63,799 nt of DNA, filler included, from 22 parts of 22 records of this genome joined end to end with filler, not necessarily neighbours in it, one strand, 5' to 3'. Shown: positions 12,155 to 22,518, numbered from the whole stretch's first letter. The notes: generated by a model not told the origin, from the sequence alone. A program made the numbers and translations.

Positions 12155-12541
12155 CAATCAATGACAACCTTATCAGATGCTTTCACTGAAAACCTAGATC
12201 CATGCAATGTTGTGATTTCAACACAAGATTCAGCGCTAATCGCACAATACAACATCAACACGTCATTCTTGGGGACCTACTACTTGCTGAAAGGCTATGA
12301 AACTAACGGAAAACCTTGTTACTATTCTCCAACAAGTGGGTTACATCTGTTCTTTGCATCTCCTAGCTATGGTTCGGGATGGGTTTTACATTCGCGTATT
12401 GAGAATGAATATCCATATGAGGTTGGGTATTTGTTGAACAGTGAACTATTGGGGAGTGGAGAGATGTTGTCCGGCGGGTGGGCGCTTTCTCCGAACCACC
12501 CAGATGTGGAGGTACAATTGGAGTTTCAGTGCTTGGTGTAA
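12155..12541 (+). CDS. Probable terminal exon, small extracellular beta-rich domain
   Basis: Acceptor tttag ending at 12154. Pattern GTYY...NGKPCYY...LFF...W. Phase does not join directly to the PT exon. Confidence 0.5.
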   Translation, partial: QSMTTLSDAFTENLDPCNVVISTQDSALIAQYNINTSFLGTYYLLKGYETNGKPCYYSPTSGLHLFFASPSYGSGWVLHSRIENEYPYEVGYLLNSELLGSGEMLSGGWALSPNHPDVEVQLEFQCLV

Positions 12542-12911
12542 CATTTATGTAATTGTGGTCTAAAGCATCATTTTTTTCAATTTTTCAGTGGTGAGTCTCC
12601 TTTGCGATGTTTTCTCGAGGTAAAATAGAGCCGGTTGACGAGGTGTCAAAATTAAAGGATTGAGATTCTGAATCATTCAGAAATCGGATATCCTCTAAGG
12701 CCTTCCGGTTGGGTGCANNNNNNNNNNNNNNNNNNNNNNNNNNNNNNNNNNNNNNNNNNNNTTAATTAATTAANNNNNNNNNNNNNNNNNNNNNNNNNNN
12801 NNNNNNNNNNNNNNNNNCAATTCCACAATTCCACATTTTTCACTTTTCACAACTATAAATTGTATAAATTTACATCAGATGTAGCATTATTCGTTTTAAA
12901 ACAAAACTCTT

Positions 12912-13526
12912 ATGAAAAAAACAGCATTGACCTATCTACTACTTCTATGGATTATGAGCTCTCCTTTAGTCCTTCAAGGGCAAACGAATAGAACAAAACT
13001 TGAAAATCCTTTTGAAAATCAAGGAGATATAAACAGTCGATTCGATTATTTATACAAAACCTCAACCAATTATTTAGAATATAAAGTCATTTCTAAAAAA
13101 GGCTATTTAAGGATTCAAAAAAATGTGCAGGATTCTTTAATTTCTCTAAAAAAAGAGATTCAACTTCAGAAGCACAAAATTGAAGAACAACAATCTGAAA
13201 TAGTCTCTTTAAATTCAATTTTAGAAAATACGAACAAAAATCTTGCTGAAGCCAATAAAAACAAAGATTCCATCCGTATTTTTGGAGTACAGCTATACAA
13301 AAGGGATTATAACTTATTATTATTTAGTATCCTCATAGTTTTTCTAATTGTTGCTGGATTTTTTATATTTAAGTTTAAAAACAGCGATGTTTTAACAAAA
13401 GAAGCAAAAAATCAACTTCTAGAAACCCAACATGAGTTTGAAATCTACCAAAAGAATGCTTTGAAACGCCAACAAGTACTCAATAGAAAACTTCAAGACG
13501 AAATTATCAAAAATAGGAAGGACTGA
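12912..13526 (+). CDS. Bacteroidetes hypothetical membrane protein (signal peptide, coiled coil, one TM helix)
   Basis: 204 aa: N-terminal signal, heptad region, TM LLLFSILIVFLIVAGFFIF, charged tail. Convergent with tig. Confidence 0.85.
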   Translation: MKKTALTYLLLLWIMSSPLVLQGQTNRTKLENPFENQGDINSRFDYLYKTSTNYLEYKVISKKGYLRIQKNVQDSLISLKKEIQLQKHKIEEQQSEIVSLNSILENTNKNLAEANKNKDSIRIFGVQLYKRDYNLLLFSILIVFLIVAGFFIFKFKNSDVLTKEAKNQLLETQHEFEIYQKNALKRQQVLNRKLQDEIIKNRKD

Positions 13527-13573
13527 CTTCTATTCTTTAGGCTTCTTACCCAGAAGAAGTATATATTTAATTC

Positions 13574-14896
13574 TTACTTGTAAACTTCCTTTACAAAGGT
13601 ATCGTAAGAAACTTCTTTTTCTTTAAAAGTAATCTTTTCTTTGTAGAAAGTCAATAATTTCTTTTGTGTTAATTGCTCTTGTAAGCGTTTTGCTTCGTCT
13701 TTATTGCTTAAGACTCTTGTAGCAATGTCTTCTAATTCTTTTTCCTCTGGATTTAAATTACCATATTGTGCCATCTGATTTTTGATGAATTCGATTGCAT
13801 ATGCTTGTAATTCCTTAGGATCTAAAAGAATTCCATTTGTAGACATCACTTTGCTTTCAATCAATTGGTGACGTAACCCTTTTTCTGATTTCTCAAATTC
13901 TTCAGTGACTTTTTCTTTTGAAATAGGATTCTCTCCAGCGGTAATTAACCATTTTTTCAAAAATTCAGCAGGCAATTCAAATTTTGTGTTTTCAACTAAA
14001 TACTCCGTCACACTGTTTAACAATTGTTGTTCAGATTGAATTTTAAATTGGTTTTCTGCATCTTCTTTTATCTTCTTTCTCAATTCTTCAATAGTTGTAA
14101 TGATTCCTTTTCCAAACAATTTATCAAATAATTCTTGATTCAACTCTGCTAATTCTATAAAAGTAATTTCTTCAACGGTAAATTTCAAGTCGATCTCTAA
14201 ACCTTGAATCTCATCATGAGTCAATCCTAAAGCACTCATTAATTTATGACTATCGGCAAACAAACCTTTAGAATTTAACTCAATTACATCACCAACTTTT
14301 GCTCCAATAAATTTTTTAAGATTCTCTTTTCCTTTAAGATCTGCTAAGATAATGGTAGATTTTTTATCAATTGCTTTTTCTTCGTTAGAAAAAGAACCTG
14401 TTACATGGGTTCCTTCTGTAACTTCTTCTTTGGCTTGGATTTTACCAAAACGACTTTGTAAGTTTTCAACTTCTTTATCGATCAAACTTTCTTCAGCAAC
14501 AATAATGTACTGCGTTATTTTTTTCTTTATATTTAAGTCAACCTCAAATTGAGGTGCTAAACCTAATTCAAATTCAAAAGAAAAATCTTCCTTTTCCCAA
14601 GAAAAATCTTTGTTTATTCTAGGTAGTGGATCCCCTAGAATATCTAACTTTTCTTCTATTAAAAAAGTATTTAAAGATTCTTGCAACATTTTATTAATTT
14701 CGTCAATCATGATTGATTTTCCGTATTGCCTTTTTACCATTCCCATCGGCACATGTCCTTTTCTAAATCCTGGGATATTCGCTTTTTTACGGTAATCTTG
14801 TAAAACTGTTTCTACTTTTTCTTGATAATCCATAGCAGTAACATCAACTTTTACAATAGCGTTTAACGAGTCTATATTTTCTTTTGTGATATTCAT
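13574..14896 (-). CDS. tig: Trigger factor
   Basis: Ribosome-binding signature IPGFRKGHVP. Real start is MNITKENID (ATG 14896); the ORF-track start at 15103 is over-extended. Confidence 0.96.
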   Translation of the reverse strand: MNITKENIDSLNAIVKVDVTAMDYQEKVETVLQDYRKKANIPGFRKGHVPMGMVKRQYGKSIMIDEINKMLQESLNTFLIEEKLDILGDPLPRINKDFSWEKEDFSFEFELGLAPQFEVDLNIKKKITQYIIVAEESLIDKEVENLQSRFGKIQAKEEVTEGTHVTGSFSNEEKAIDKKSTIILADLKGKENLKKFIGAKVGDVIELNSKGLFADSHKLMSALGLTHDEIQGLEIDLKFTVEEITFIELAELNQELFDKLFGKGIITTIEELRKKIKEDAENQFKIQSEQQLLNSVTEYLVENTKFELPAEFLKKWLITAGENPISKEKVTEEFEKSEKGLRHQLIESKVMSTNGILLDPKELQAYAIEFIKNQMAQYGNLNPEEKELEDIATRVLSNKDEAKRLQEQLTQKKLLTFYKEKITFKEKEVSYDTFVKEVYK

Positions 14897-14935
14897 TTTG
14901 ATTCTTTGGTGTTTAAAATCCTTAAAACTAAAGTG

Positions 14936-14943
14936 CAAAAGTA
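14936..14943 (-). promoter_or_regulatory. Bacteroidetes -7 promoter element for tig
   Basis: TACTTTTG matches TAnnTTTG, ~40 nt upstream of the ATG. Confidence 0.7.
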
Positions 14944-15069
14944 ACATTTTTTTTATGAATTGAGAATTATCTTGAGCTCTGCATGTCGGCTTGCCTATTG
15001 TGAGCCGAAAGTAAAAAAGTTTTTCATTTTTTGTAGTTTTGTTTCCATTTAAAACTGTAACGAAGGCGA

Positions 15070-15112
15070 TATACTCTGCCCAGTTAGAAACAAAAATAGC
15101 CAACCTAAAATT
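15070..15112 (+). mobile_element. IS-like terminus (TATACTCTGCCCAGTTAGAAA) running into the contig end
   Basis: Similar to the reverse complement of 52868-52888 (TATACTCCGTCCAGTTAAAAA). Confidence 0.55.
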
Positions 15113-15326
15113 NNNNNNNNNNNNNNNNNNNNNNNNNNNNNNNNNNNNNNNNNNNNTTAATTAATTAANNNNNNNNNNNNNNNNNNNNNNNNNNNNNNNN
15201 NNNNNNNNNNNNTTTTTATAAATTCTTTGTTATCAAAAATAGCAATTCTAAAGAATTAGATTTCTAAAAGGGCGGAGCGTTTTAGCGAAAGTAATCGAAA
15301 TTTATTGTTTTACAAATAATAAAATT

Positions 15327-15334
15327 TATATTTG
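15327..15334 (+). promoter_or_regulatory. Bacteroidetes -7 promoter element for wza-wzc
   Basis: TATATTTG, 22 nt upstream of ATG 15357. Confidence 0.65.
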
Positions 15335-15356
15335 TAACTTAATTAATTTGGCTAAA

Positions 15357-16136
15357 ATGAGCAACCCTCTTTTATTGACTTTATTTTCCTTTCTAATTAT
15401 TTCTTGTATCCCGCATAAAGAGCTCGTCTATTTTCAAGGAATTCCTGAAATAAAGGAAGAGGTTGACAAAATAAACGAGAATCTTTATAAATTACAAACC
15501 AATGATATCTTATTGATTTCTATAAAATCTGAAAAGGAAGAATTGGTTTCTCTATTTCACAATCAACAAGGAACAGCTCCACAACAAACCGAAGCATCTT
15601 CCCTTTATTTTACTGGTTATTCTATTGACAATCGTGGAAATATTAGACTTCCATATATAGGAGAAATTAACGTATTGGGATATACAACAGAGGAGGTTCG
15701 GGAAAAAATTGAAACGGAATTAAAAAAATTCATCGTTTTTTCTGACAGTGTTTTTGTAACCGTAAAACTTGCAGGAATAAAATATACCATTCTTGGAGAA
15801 ATTGGTAACCCAGGGACAAATATCTTGTATCAAGATGAAGTAAATATCATTGAAGCTATTTCTAACTCTGGAGATATTATAAGTACGGGAGACAGAAAAA
15901 ATATTGAAATCTTAAGAAAAGAATTTGGAAACATCAAGAAATACACCATCGATATTACTCAGGTGGATTTATTTGATTCTGAGGTTTTCAAAATACTGCC
16001 TAATGATATTATTTATATTAGACCTCTCAAAAGAAAATCGTGGGGAGTTGGAACAACAGGTTTAGAGGCTTTTACAAAAATTTCCTCTATTTTTTCTGTG
16101 ATTGCAACCACTATTTTATTGATAAAAACATTATAA
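15357..16136 (+). CDS. wza: Polysaccharide export lipoprotein (Wza/OPX family)
   Basis: Lipobox LIISC, GNIRLPYIGEINVLG, SLBB region ILGEIGNPG, LPNDIIYI. Directly upstream of wzc. Confidence 0.9.
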   Translation: MSNPLLLTLFSFLIISCIPHKELVYFQGIPEIKEEVDKINENLYKLQTNDILLISIKSEKEELVSLFHNQQGTAPQQTEASSLYFTGYSIDNRGNIRLPYIGEINVLGYTTEEVREKIETELKKFIVFSDSVFVTVKLAGIKYTILGEIGNPGTNILYQDEVNIIEAISNSGDIISTGDRKNIEILRKEFGNIKKYTIDITQVDLFDSEVFKILPNDIIYIRPLKRKSWGVGTTGLEAFTKISSIFSVIATTILLIKTL

Positions 16137-16146
16137 AAAACTCCAG

Positions 16147-18612
16147 ATGAGTGCTAAAAAAATATCTTCCTCTAGTTTTGGAGAAAACGCTTCTGTTGAT
16201 TTAAAATCTTTCTTGTTCAAAGTTATCAACTATTGGAAATTTTTTGTAATCACTAGTATTGTAGCACTAAGTATCGCTAAATTCAAAAATGGATATGAGG
16301 AAAAATCATATACCATCAATACTCTAATAACGATAAAAGAAGTACAAAATCCTTTATTTTCTTCTAGTACCAATATTGCTTTTAATTGGGGAGGGGCTAG
16401 TAATACTGTGGAAACAATTAAAGCTCTTTTAAAATCAAGAACGCACAATGAAAAAGTGGTTTCAAAATTAAAATTTTATATTGATTATCTCGAGGAAGGT
16501 AAATATAGAATGGAAAATGTTTATGGCAGAGCTCCTTTTACAATAGAAACGGACTCTTCAGCTTATCAATTATTAGGAGTCCCTATTAAAATTAAGTTTA
16601 TTTCAAATCATAAAGTTAAAGTAAGTGTTGATTTTGAATCTCTAGAAAAGACAAGAAAACTTATGGAGTATAAAGATTTTTCATCCTTAGACTATACGCC
16701 TTCGTCTTTAATTTATGAAAAAAAATTTGATACTCATGAAGAAATAAAAACACCGTTTTGTTTGTTTCATCTTTTGAAAAAACATGATTTTGATATTTCC
16801 AAAGAGTACTACATCAGATTTAATGATTTTAATGGTGTTGTTGAAACCTATAAAGGTATGTATATTCAAGATTTTAAAACTGGAGCTTCCATTTTAAAAC
16901 TTTCCTTGACGGGATCAAACAAAGCTAGACTCGTAGATTATTTAAATACTTCCGTAAATGTTTTAGAGATTGACCAAAAACAAACAAAAATAGCCTATGC
17001 GGTAAAAACAAAGGATTATATTGATACCTTGTTTAAGAATGAATCCACCAATCTTAGAAACTTAGAATTGAAGCTGGCAAAATTTAAAGATTCTAACAAT
17101 ATTTATGATATTAATGCAGAGGGTTTAAAAATCTTTGAAAAGATCAGTTCTTTGGATCTTGAAATCCTTTCAAAGACGAGGGCTCTCGATTATGTAAAAA
17201 AAATAAAGAGATACATCGCATCGCATAATCTCAACAGCAAAAACATTCCAGCACCTACTGTAGTAGATATACAAGATCTTAGTGTTGCAACGAATGTTAG
17301 GGAACTCATTACTTTAGTTACCCTAAAAAACAAACTTGAAGAAGTTGGTGTAACCTCCATCCACCCTGAAATGGTAGACATCAAAAATCGTATCAAATCT
17401 ACAAAAACGGTCTTGCTTGAAAACTTAAGTTCTCTAGAGCTAAAAAGCCAAGAGGATTTAAAAGTATTAAATAGGCAACTAAGGAGCTCTATCAATGCCT
17501 TAAAAAAAATACCTAAACTTGAACAAGAATTAGTAAAATTTGAACGAAACTACAAACTAACAGAAGCCAATTACAATTATTTAAGACAGAAAAGTTACGA
17601 AGCAGGCACTGCCATTGCGGCAAATGTTTCCGATATAAAAGTTTTAGACAATGCGAAAGATGTGGGACAAGGTTCTTCTAAGCCTAGAGTTTTATTTAAC
17701 TACCTTATAGCAATGATGTTAGCGATTATTTTTCCGCTTCTTTATATCATCATAAAACAATTGCTAGATGATAACATCTATTTGGTTGAAGAGATTGAAG
17801 AGCTCTATAAAATTCCCGTTTTAGGGGTTCTTGGTAAAAGCACAAATAAATCTAACCTCGTCGTTTATGAAAAACCCAAATCATCGATAGCAGAATCTTT
17901 TAGAGTATTAAGGTCTAATGTTCAATTTTTATTTAAAAATGACGCTCAATCTTTTTTAAATAAAAACAAAACAATCCTTTTCACTTCTTCTGTAAGTGGA
18001 GAAGGGAAAACAATGGTTTCCATCAATATGGCTACCGTTTTTGCCCTAAGTGGAAAAAAAACAATCTTGATTGGACTGGATCTAAGAAAACCCAAAATTT
18101 TTGGAGATTTTAACTTAGACAACGATGAAGGTATTGTCAATTACTTTATTGGACAAAAAACACTTAAGGAAATAACGCATCAAACAGAAATTCCAAATTT
18201 AGAGGTAATTATATCCGGTCCTATACCTCCGAATCCTTCAGAATTAATTTTAAGTAAAACCACAGAATCGATGTTTGAAAAATTGAAAAAAGAATATGAT
18301 TATATCTTTGTCGATACGCCTCCCGTTGGGTTGGTTTCCGACGCCCTCGAATTGTTTAAATATGCAGATGCCATTATCTATGTCATCAGACAAAATTATT
18401 CTAAAAAAGGAATGATGAAAATGATTGATGACAAATATGTTAATAAAGAAGTTTCTAATATTGGATATATTTTAAATGACTTTTCTACTAATAAAAAATA
18501 CGGATATGGGTATGGGTATGGGTATGGGAATTACAACAATAATTATCATGAAAATGAAAAAACTAAAATGGCTAAAATACTTAAAAAATTAACTTCCATA
18601 TTTAAAAAATAA
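16147..18612 (+). CDS. wzc: Polysaccharide co-polymerase / BY-kinase
   Basis: Two TM segments, Walker A GEGKT, DLRKP, DTPP and tyrosine cluster YGYGYGYGYGNY. Confidence 0.93.
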   Translation: MSAKKISSSSFGENASVDLKSFLFKVINYWKFFVITSIVALSIAKFKNGYEEKSYTINTLITIKEVQNPLFSSSTNIAFNWGGASNTVETIKALLKSRTHNEKVVSKLKFYIDYLEEGKYRMENVYGRAPFTIETDSSAYQLLGVPIKIKFISNHKVKVSVDFESLEKTRKLMEYKDFSSLDYTPSSLIYEKKFDTHEEIKTPFCLFHLLKKHDFDISKEYYIRFNDFNGVVETYKGMYIQDFKTGASILKLSLTGSNKARLVDYLNTSVNVLEIDQKQTKIAYAVKTKDYIDTLFKNESTNLRNLELKLAKFKDSNNIYDINAEGLKIFEKISSLDLEILSKTRALDYVKKIKRYIASHNLNSKNIPAPTVVDIQDLSVATNVRELITLVTLKNKLEEVGVTSIHPEMVDIKNRIKSTKTVLLENLSSLELKSQEDLKVLNRQLRSSINALKKIPKLEQELVKFERNYKLTEANYNYLRQKSYEAGTAIAANVSDIKVLDNAKDVGQGSSKPRVLFNYLIAMMLAIIFPLLYIIIKQLLDDNIYLVEEIEELYKIPVLGVLGKSTNKSNLVVYEKPKSSIAESFRVLRSNVQFLFKNDAQSFLNKNKTILFTSSVSGEGKTMVSINMATVFALSGKKTILIGLDLRKPKIFGDFNLDNDEGIVNYFIGQKTLKEITHQTEIPNLEVIISGPIPPNPSELILSKTTESMFEKLKKEYDYIFVDTPPVGLVSDALELFKYADAIIYVIRQNYSKKGMMKMIDDKYVNKEVSNIGYILNDFSTNKKYGYGYGYGYGNYNNNYHENEKTKMAKILKKLTSIFKK

Positions 18613-18615
18613 GCA

Positions 18616-20232
18616 TCAGCTTATGTAAGACCAAATCCCCTCATTTTTACAAATTTGAAAATAAGTATCTGCGATTCTTCTATTTTTTAACAATTGTAAT
18701 GAAGGATCTTCTTGTATGATTTCTAGAGCAACCTTTCTAGCTAATTTCAACAACTCGCCATCTTTCATAAGATCTGCAATTTTCAAATTTAAAACACCAC
18801 TCTGTTGTGTTCCCATAATGTTCCCAGGTCCTCTTAATTTTAAATCAACTTCTGCTATTTCAAAGCCATCAGAAGTTTTTACCATCGTATTCAGTCGCGT
18901 TTTTGCCTCTGTAGACAACTTAAAATTTGACATCAAAAGACAATAACTTTGATTAGCTCCTCTTCCAACCCTGCCTCGCAATTGATGTAATTGAGACAAG
19001 CCGAATCTTTCTGCACTTTCAATAACCATAACATTGGCATTAGGCACATGAACACCTACTTCAATAACAGTAGTAGCCACCATTATCTGAGTTTCTCCTT
19101 TAATAAATCGATCCATTTCCAATTCCTTATCTACGGCTTTCATTTTACCATGTACAATACTTAGCTGATACATCGGTTTTGGAAAGGCTCTCGAAATACT
19201 TTCGTAACCATCCATCAAATCTTTATAATCCATGACTTCAGATTCTTGAATTAAAGGATACACGATATAAACCTGATGTCCTTTTTTGATTTCATCTTTT
19301 AAGAACTTAAAAACACTTAAGCGATGTTTGTCAAATCTATGTATTGTTTTTATCGATTTTCTTTCAGGAGGTAACTCATCTATTATAGAGATATCCAAAT
19401 CTCCATAAACACTCATTGCCAAAGTTCTTGGAATTGGAGTTGCTGTCATCACCAATACATGAGGTGGTTTTGAATTTTTTAACCACATTTTTGAACGTTG
19501 TGCCACCCCAAAACGATGTTGTTCATCAATAACAGCCAAGCCCAAATTTTTAAATTTTACTTTATCTTCTAACAGTGCATGCGTACCTATTAAAATTTGT
19601 AATTTGCCACTTTCTAAATCTGTATGAATTTCTTTACGTGCTTTTGTCCTTACAGAACCCGTCAACAAAGCCACCTGTATATCCAAACCGTAAAGTACTT
19701 CTTGAACAGACTTGAAATGCTGTACTGCCAATATTTCTGTAGGGGCAATCATAGCCGCTTGAAATCCATTATCTAATGCCATCAAGATCGTTAAAATAGC
19801 GACTATTGTTTTTCCTGAGCCAACATCTCCTTGTAAAAGACGATTCATATGCACCGTAGACCCCAAATCTTTTCGAATCTCTTTTAAAACACGTTTTTGA
19901 GCGTTGGTCAAGTCAAAAGTTAAATTCTTTTTGTAAAAAGTGTTAAAGTACAAACCAATAGTCTTAAATTGAAACCCTTTTATTTTATGTTGTCGGACTC
20001 TTTTTTTTTTGAGTAATTGTAATTGAATAAAAAAAAGTTCTTCAAATTTTAATCGGAATTGTGACTTCGTAAGGATCTCTTGGCTTCTTGGAAAATGTAC
20101 GTTTAATAAAGCTTCTTTTTTAGAAAGAAAATTATATTTGCATAACAGTTCTTCTGAAAAAGTTTCTTGGATGCTATCATAATACGTTCTAAATAAATTT
20201 TCTTGGATTGTAGAGACTATTTTATTAGTAAC
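18616..20232 (-). CDS. recG: ATP-dependent DNA helicase RecG (5'-truncated by contig end)
   Basis: QGDVGSGKT, DEQHRFG, TATPIPRTL, QLRGRVGRG, DLKLRGPG. Frame is open to the contig edge (..RLKFEELFFIQL..). Confidence 0.97.
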   Translation of the reverse strand, partial: VTNKIVSTIQENLFRTYYDSIQETFSEELLCKYNFLSKKEALLNVHFPRSQEILTKSQFRLKFEELFFIQLQLLKKKRVRQHKIKGFQFKTIGLYFNTFYKKNLTFDLTNAQKRVLKEIRKDLGSTVHMNRLLQGDVGSGKTIVAILTILMALDNGFQAAMIAPTEILAVQHFKSVQEVLYGLDIQVALLTGSVRTKARKEIHTDLESGKLQILIGTHALLEDKVKFKNLGLAVIDEQHRFGVAQRSKMWLKNSKPPHVLVMTATPIPRTLAMSVYGDLDISIIDELPPERKSIKTIHRFDKHRLSVFKFLKDEIKKGHQVYIVYPLIQESEVMDYKDLMDGYESISRAFPKPMYQLSIVHGKMKAVDKELEMDRFIKGETQIMVATTVIEVGVHVPNANVMVIESAERFGLSQLHQLRGRVGRGANQSYCLLMSNFKLSTEAKTRLNTMVKTSDGFEIAEVDLKLRGPGNIMGTQQSGVLNLKIADLMKDGELLKLARKVALEIIQEDPSLQLLKNRRIADTYFQICKNEGIWSYIS

Positions 20233-20332
20233 NNNNNNNNNNNNNNNNNNNNNNNNNNNNNNNNNNNNNNNNNNNNTTAATTAATTAANNNNNNNNNNNN
20301 NNNNNNNNNNNNNNNNNNNNNNNNNNNNNNNN

Positions 20333-20386
20333 AACGGTATCACCGTATCACGGCATCACTGTATCACTATCTGCAAGACAAAAAAA
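20333..20386 (-). repeat. TTTTTTGTCTTGC + octamer tandem (GTGATRCN) intergenic repeat
   Basis: Plus strand ggtatcac-cgtatcac-ggcatcac-tgtatcac then ctgcaagacaaaaaaa. Reverse complement resembles 39872-39905 and 54755-54826. Confidence 0.8.
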
Positions 20387-20440
20387 TCGTTAAAAATTCG
20401 GAAAACGGAGTTGAATGGGGTATATTTAAAAATAGAGGCT

Positions 20441-20448
20441 TATTTTTG
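20441..20448 (+). promoter_or_regulatory. Bacteroidetes -7 promoter element for purK-purE
   Basis: TATTTTTG, 16 nt upstream of ATG 20465. Confidence 0.65.
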
Positions 20449-20464
20449 CGACAAAGCGAATACT

Positions 20465-21607
20465 ATGAACGCATATTTTTCTTCAGATTTTAAATTGGGC
20501 ATTTTGGGGGGAGGTCAATTAGGTAGAATGTTACTGGCCGAAACCCAAAAATTTGATGTATACACCTGCGTTTTAGACCCGTCTAAAGAAGCTCCGTGTG
20601 CCGCTTATTGTAATGAATTTTATCAAGGAGATTTGCTAGATTTTGACGCAGTTTATGATTTTGGAAAAAAAGTGGAGGTACTTACCATAGAAATTGAGTA
20701 TGTAAATATTGCTGCTTTATACAAATTAGAAGAAGAAGGAATCAAAGTATATCCAGAACCTAGAGTGATTGAAATTATTCAACACAAAGGAAGGCAGAAA
20801 GACTTTTATGTAGAGAATGGGATTCCAACCTCACCTCATCAAAGATTTGCAACATTAGAAAGTTTAAAAAAGGCGACTCTTTCTTTTCCTTTTGTTTGGA
20901 AATCAGCAAAATTTGGCTATGATGGAACTGGGGTAAAGATTGTAAGAAATCAAGAAGATGTTGAAAACCTTGCAGACACAGAAAGTATCGTGGAAAAGTT
21001 AATTCCTTTTAAAAATGAATTGGCCGTTATTGTTGCTAGAAATGCTTCTGGAGAAATAAAAACCTATCCTGTTGTAGAGATGGAATTTCATCCAGAAGCC
21101 AATCAAGTAGAATATGTTATTTGTCCTGCTAGAATTTCGACTTCAGTTGCAAAAAAAGCAAATGCCGTTGCTTTGCAAGTAGCGAATTCTTTTAAGCATG
21201 TTGGTTTGTTGGCTGTAGAAATGTTTCAAACAGAAACAGATGAAATTCTTGTAAATGAAGTTGCACCTCGGACACACAATAGTGGTCATTATAGTATTGA
21301 AGCTTCTTTTACGAATCAGTTTGAACAGCATTTAAGAACGGTTTTGAATTTGCCTTTAGGAAATACAGCAAGTAAACTGGCAGGTGTTATGGTAAATTTA
21401 GTGGGGGCTGAAGGTTTTTCGGGAAATGTGGTGTATAAAAACATAGAAAATATCTTAAAAATGGACGGAGTTACCCCACATTTTTATGGGAAGAAACAAA
21501 CGAGACCTTTCCGTAAAATGGGACATGTTACCATTGTAGATGCTGATTTAGAAGTTGCTAGAAAGGTTGCTGAGCGGGTAAAGAGTGTGATTAGAGTGGT
21601 TAGTTAG
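20465..21607 (+). CDS. purK: N5-carboxyaminoimidazole ribonucleotide synthase
   Basis: GILGGGQLGRM, GYDGTG, NEVAPRTHNSGH, RKMGHVT. Likely start MNAYFSSDF at 20465. Confidence 0.96.
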   Translation: MNAYFSSDFKLGILGGGQLGRMLLAETQKFDVYTCVLDPSKEAPCAAYCNEFYQGDLLDFDAVYDFGKKVEVLTIEIEYVNIAALYKLEEEGIKVYPEPRVIEIIQHKGRQKDFYVENGIPTSPHQRFATLESLKKATLSFPFVWKSAKFGYDGTGVKIVRNQEDVENLADTESIVEKLIPFKNELAVIVARNASGEIKTYPVVEMEFHPEANQVEYVICPARISTSVAKKANAVALQVANSFKHVGLLAVEMFQTETDEILVNEVAPRTHNSGHYSIEASFTNQFEQHLRTVLNLPLGNTASKLAGVMVNLVGAEGFSGNVVYKNIENILKMDGVTPHFYGKKQTRPFRKMGHVTIVDADLEVARKVAERVKSVIRVVS

Positions 21608-21673
21608 GGGGGTAGTGTGGTAGTTTTCTGTTGGGTTATTAGAATTTAGAAAGTTAAATAAACAAGTAAATAT

Positions 21674-22165
21674 ATGAGGATGAAAGTAGCCATTATAATG
21701 GGAAGTGATTCAGACCTTCCTATCATGCAAGGTGCCATTGCTATTTTAAATGAATTCAAAATAGCAAATGAAGTAGATATTGTTTCTGCTCATAGAACTC
21801 CAGAAAAATTAGTGAATTTTTCAACAAATGCACACAAAAGGGGTTTTTCTGTAATTATTGCAGGAGCGGGTGGTGCAGCACATTTACCAGGTATGGTAGC
21901 TTCTATGAGTCCATTACCAGTAATTGGAGTTCCTATAAAATCAAGAAATTCTATTGATGGTTGGGATTCTGTATTGTCCATTTTACAAATGCCTGAAGGG
22001 GTTCCTGTAGCAACGGTAGCTCTAAATGGAGCAAAAAATGCTGGAATTTTAGCAGCTCAAATTATGGGAACTTCTCATCCAGAAGTTTTGGAGACTCTTA
22101 TTGCTTATAAGGAAAGTTTAAAAGAAAAAGTTATGGCAGCTTCAGAAAAAATTCGCAAAATTTAA
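21674..22165 (+). CDS. purE: N5-CAIR mutase
   Basis: IMGSDSD, SAHRTP, AGAGGAAHLPG, GVPVATVA. Confidence 0.97.
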   Translation: MRMKVAIIMGSDSDLPIMQGAIAILNEFKIANEVDIVSAHRTPEKLVNFSTNAHKRGFSVIIAGAGGAAHLPGMVASMSPLPVIGVPIKSRNSIDGWDSVLSILQMPEGVPVATVALNGAKNAGILAAQIMGTSHPEVLETLIAYKESLKEKVMAASEKIRKI

Positions 22166-22191
22166 ACCTCTTATACTCCGCAGTAATTTAA

Positions 22192-22390
22192 CTACTAGAA
22201 TCAAATCGAAAGGTCACCGCAGAGACTTTAAAAAACAAGTTTTTAGGCGTAAAAGAAAAGGAAACAACACACATAACCCTTTTTGAAAATCACCTACAAA
22301 CAAATAGAAAAATTAGTAGGTAGAGACCTTGCATCGGGCACTTTAGAACGTTACAAAACGGAATCAAAACATCTTCAAGACTTAAAATAG
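22192..22390 (+). pseudogene. Frameshifted fragment of a Bacteroidetes site-specific (tyrosine) integrase
   Basis: Reads LLESNRKVTAETLKNKFLGVKEKE..LFENH / frameshift / KQIEKLVGRDLASGTLERYKT..KHL*, like the arm-binding/SAM-like junction of Bacteroidetes integrases. Not in the ORF track. Confidence 0.75.
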
Positions 22391-22518
22391 CTTTAATTGC
22401 AGTGGCATAATAAACTACTAAAATAGGCGTTTGCTATTGCTTATGATGAGAATTTTGTTTCAAAATTAGCTTAGTTTTACTTGTTTTTTAACTTAGTTCT
22501 TTGTTGGGCGACGTTTTT

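Noticed and set aside
12912..13526. tRNA methyltransferase label often given to such proteins
   Set aside because: No SPOUT or Rossmann motif; only a signal peptide, coiled coil and TM helix.
14897..15103. N-terminal extension of trigger factor (likewise purK 20411-20464 and the HD protein 37708-37800)
   Set aside because: Upstream TTG starts chosen by the ORF caller. The extensions span promoter elements and precede the typical start Met.
18500..18528. (GGGTAT)n as a phase-variation tract
   Set aside because: In-frame hexamers encoding the normal YG tyrosine cluster of Wzc.
19990..20040. Frameshift in the recG poly-A/T runs
   Set aside because: Counting the 10-nt and 8-nt runs keeps the frame (ELFFIQLQLLKKKRVR). 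The gene is only cut by the contig edge.
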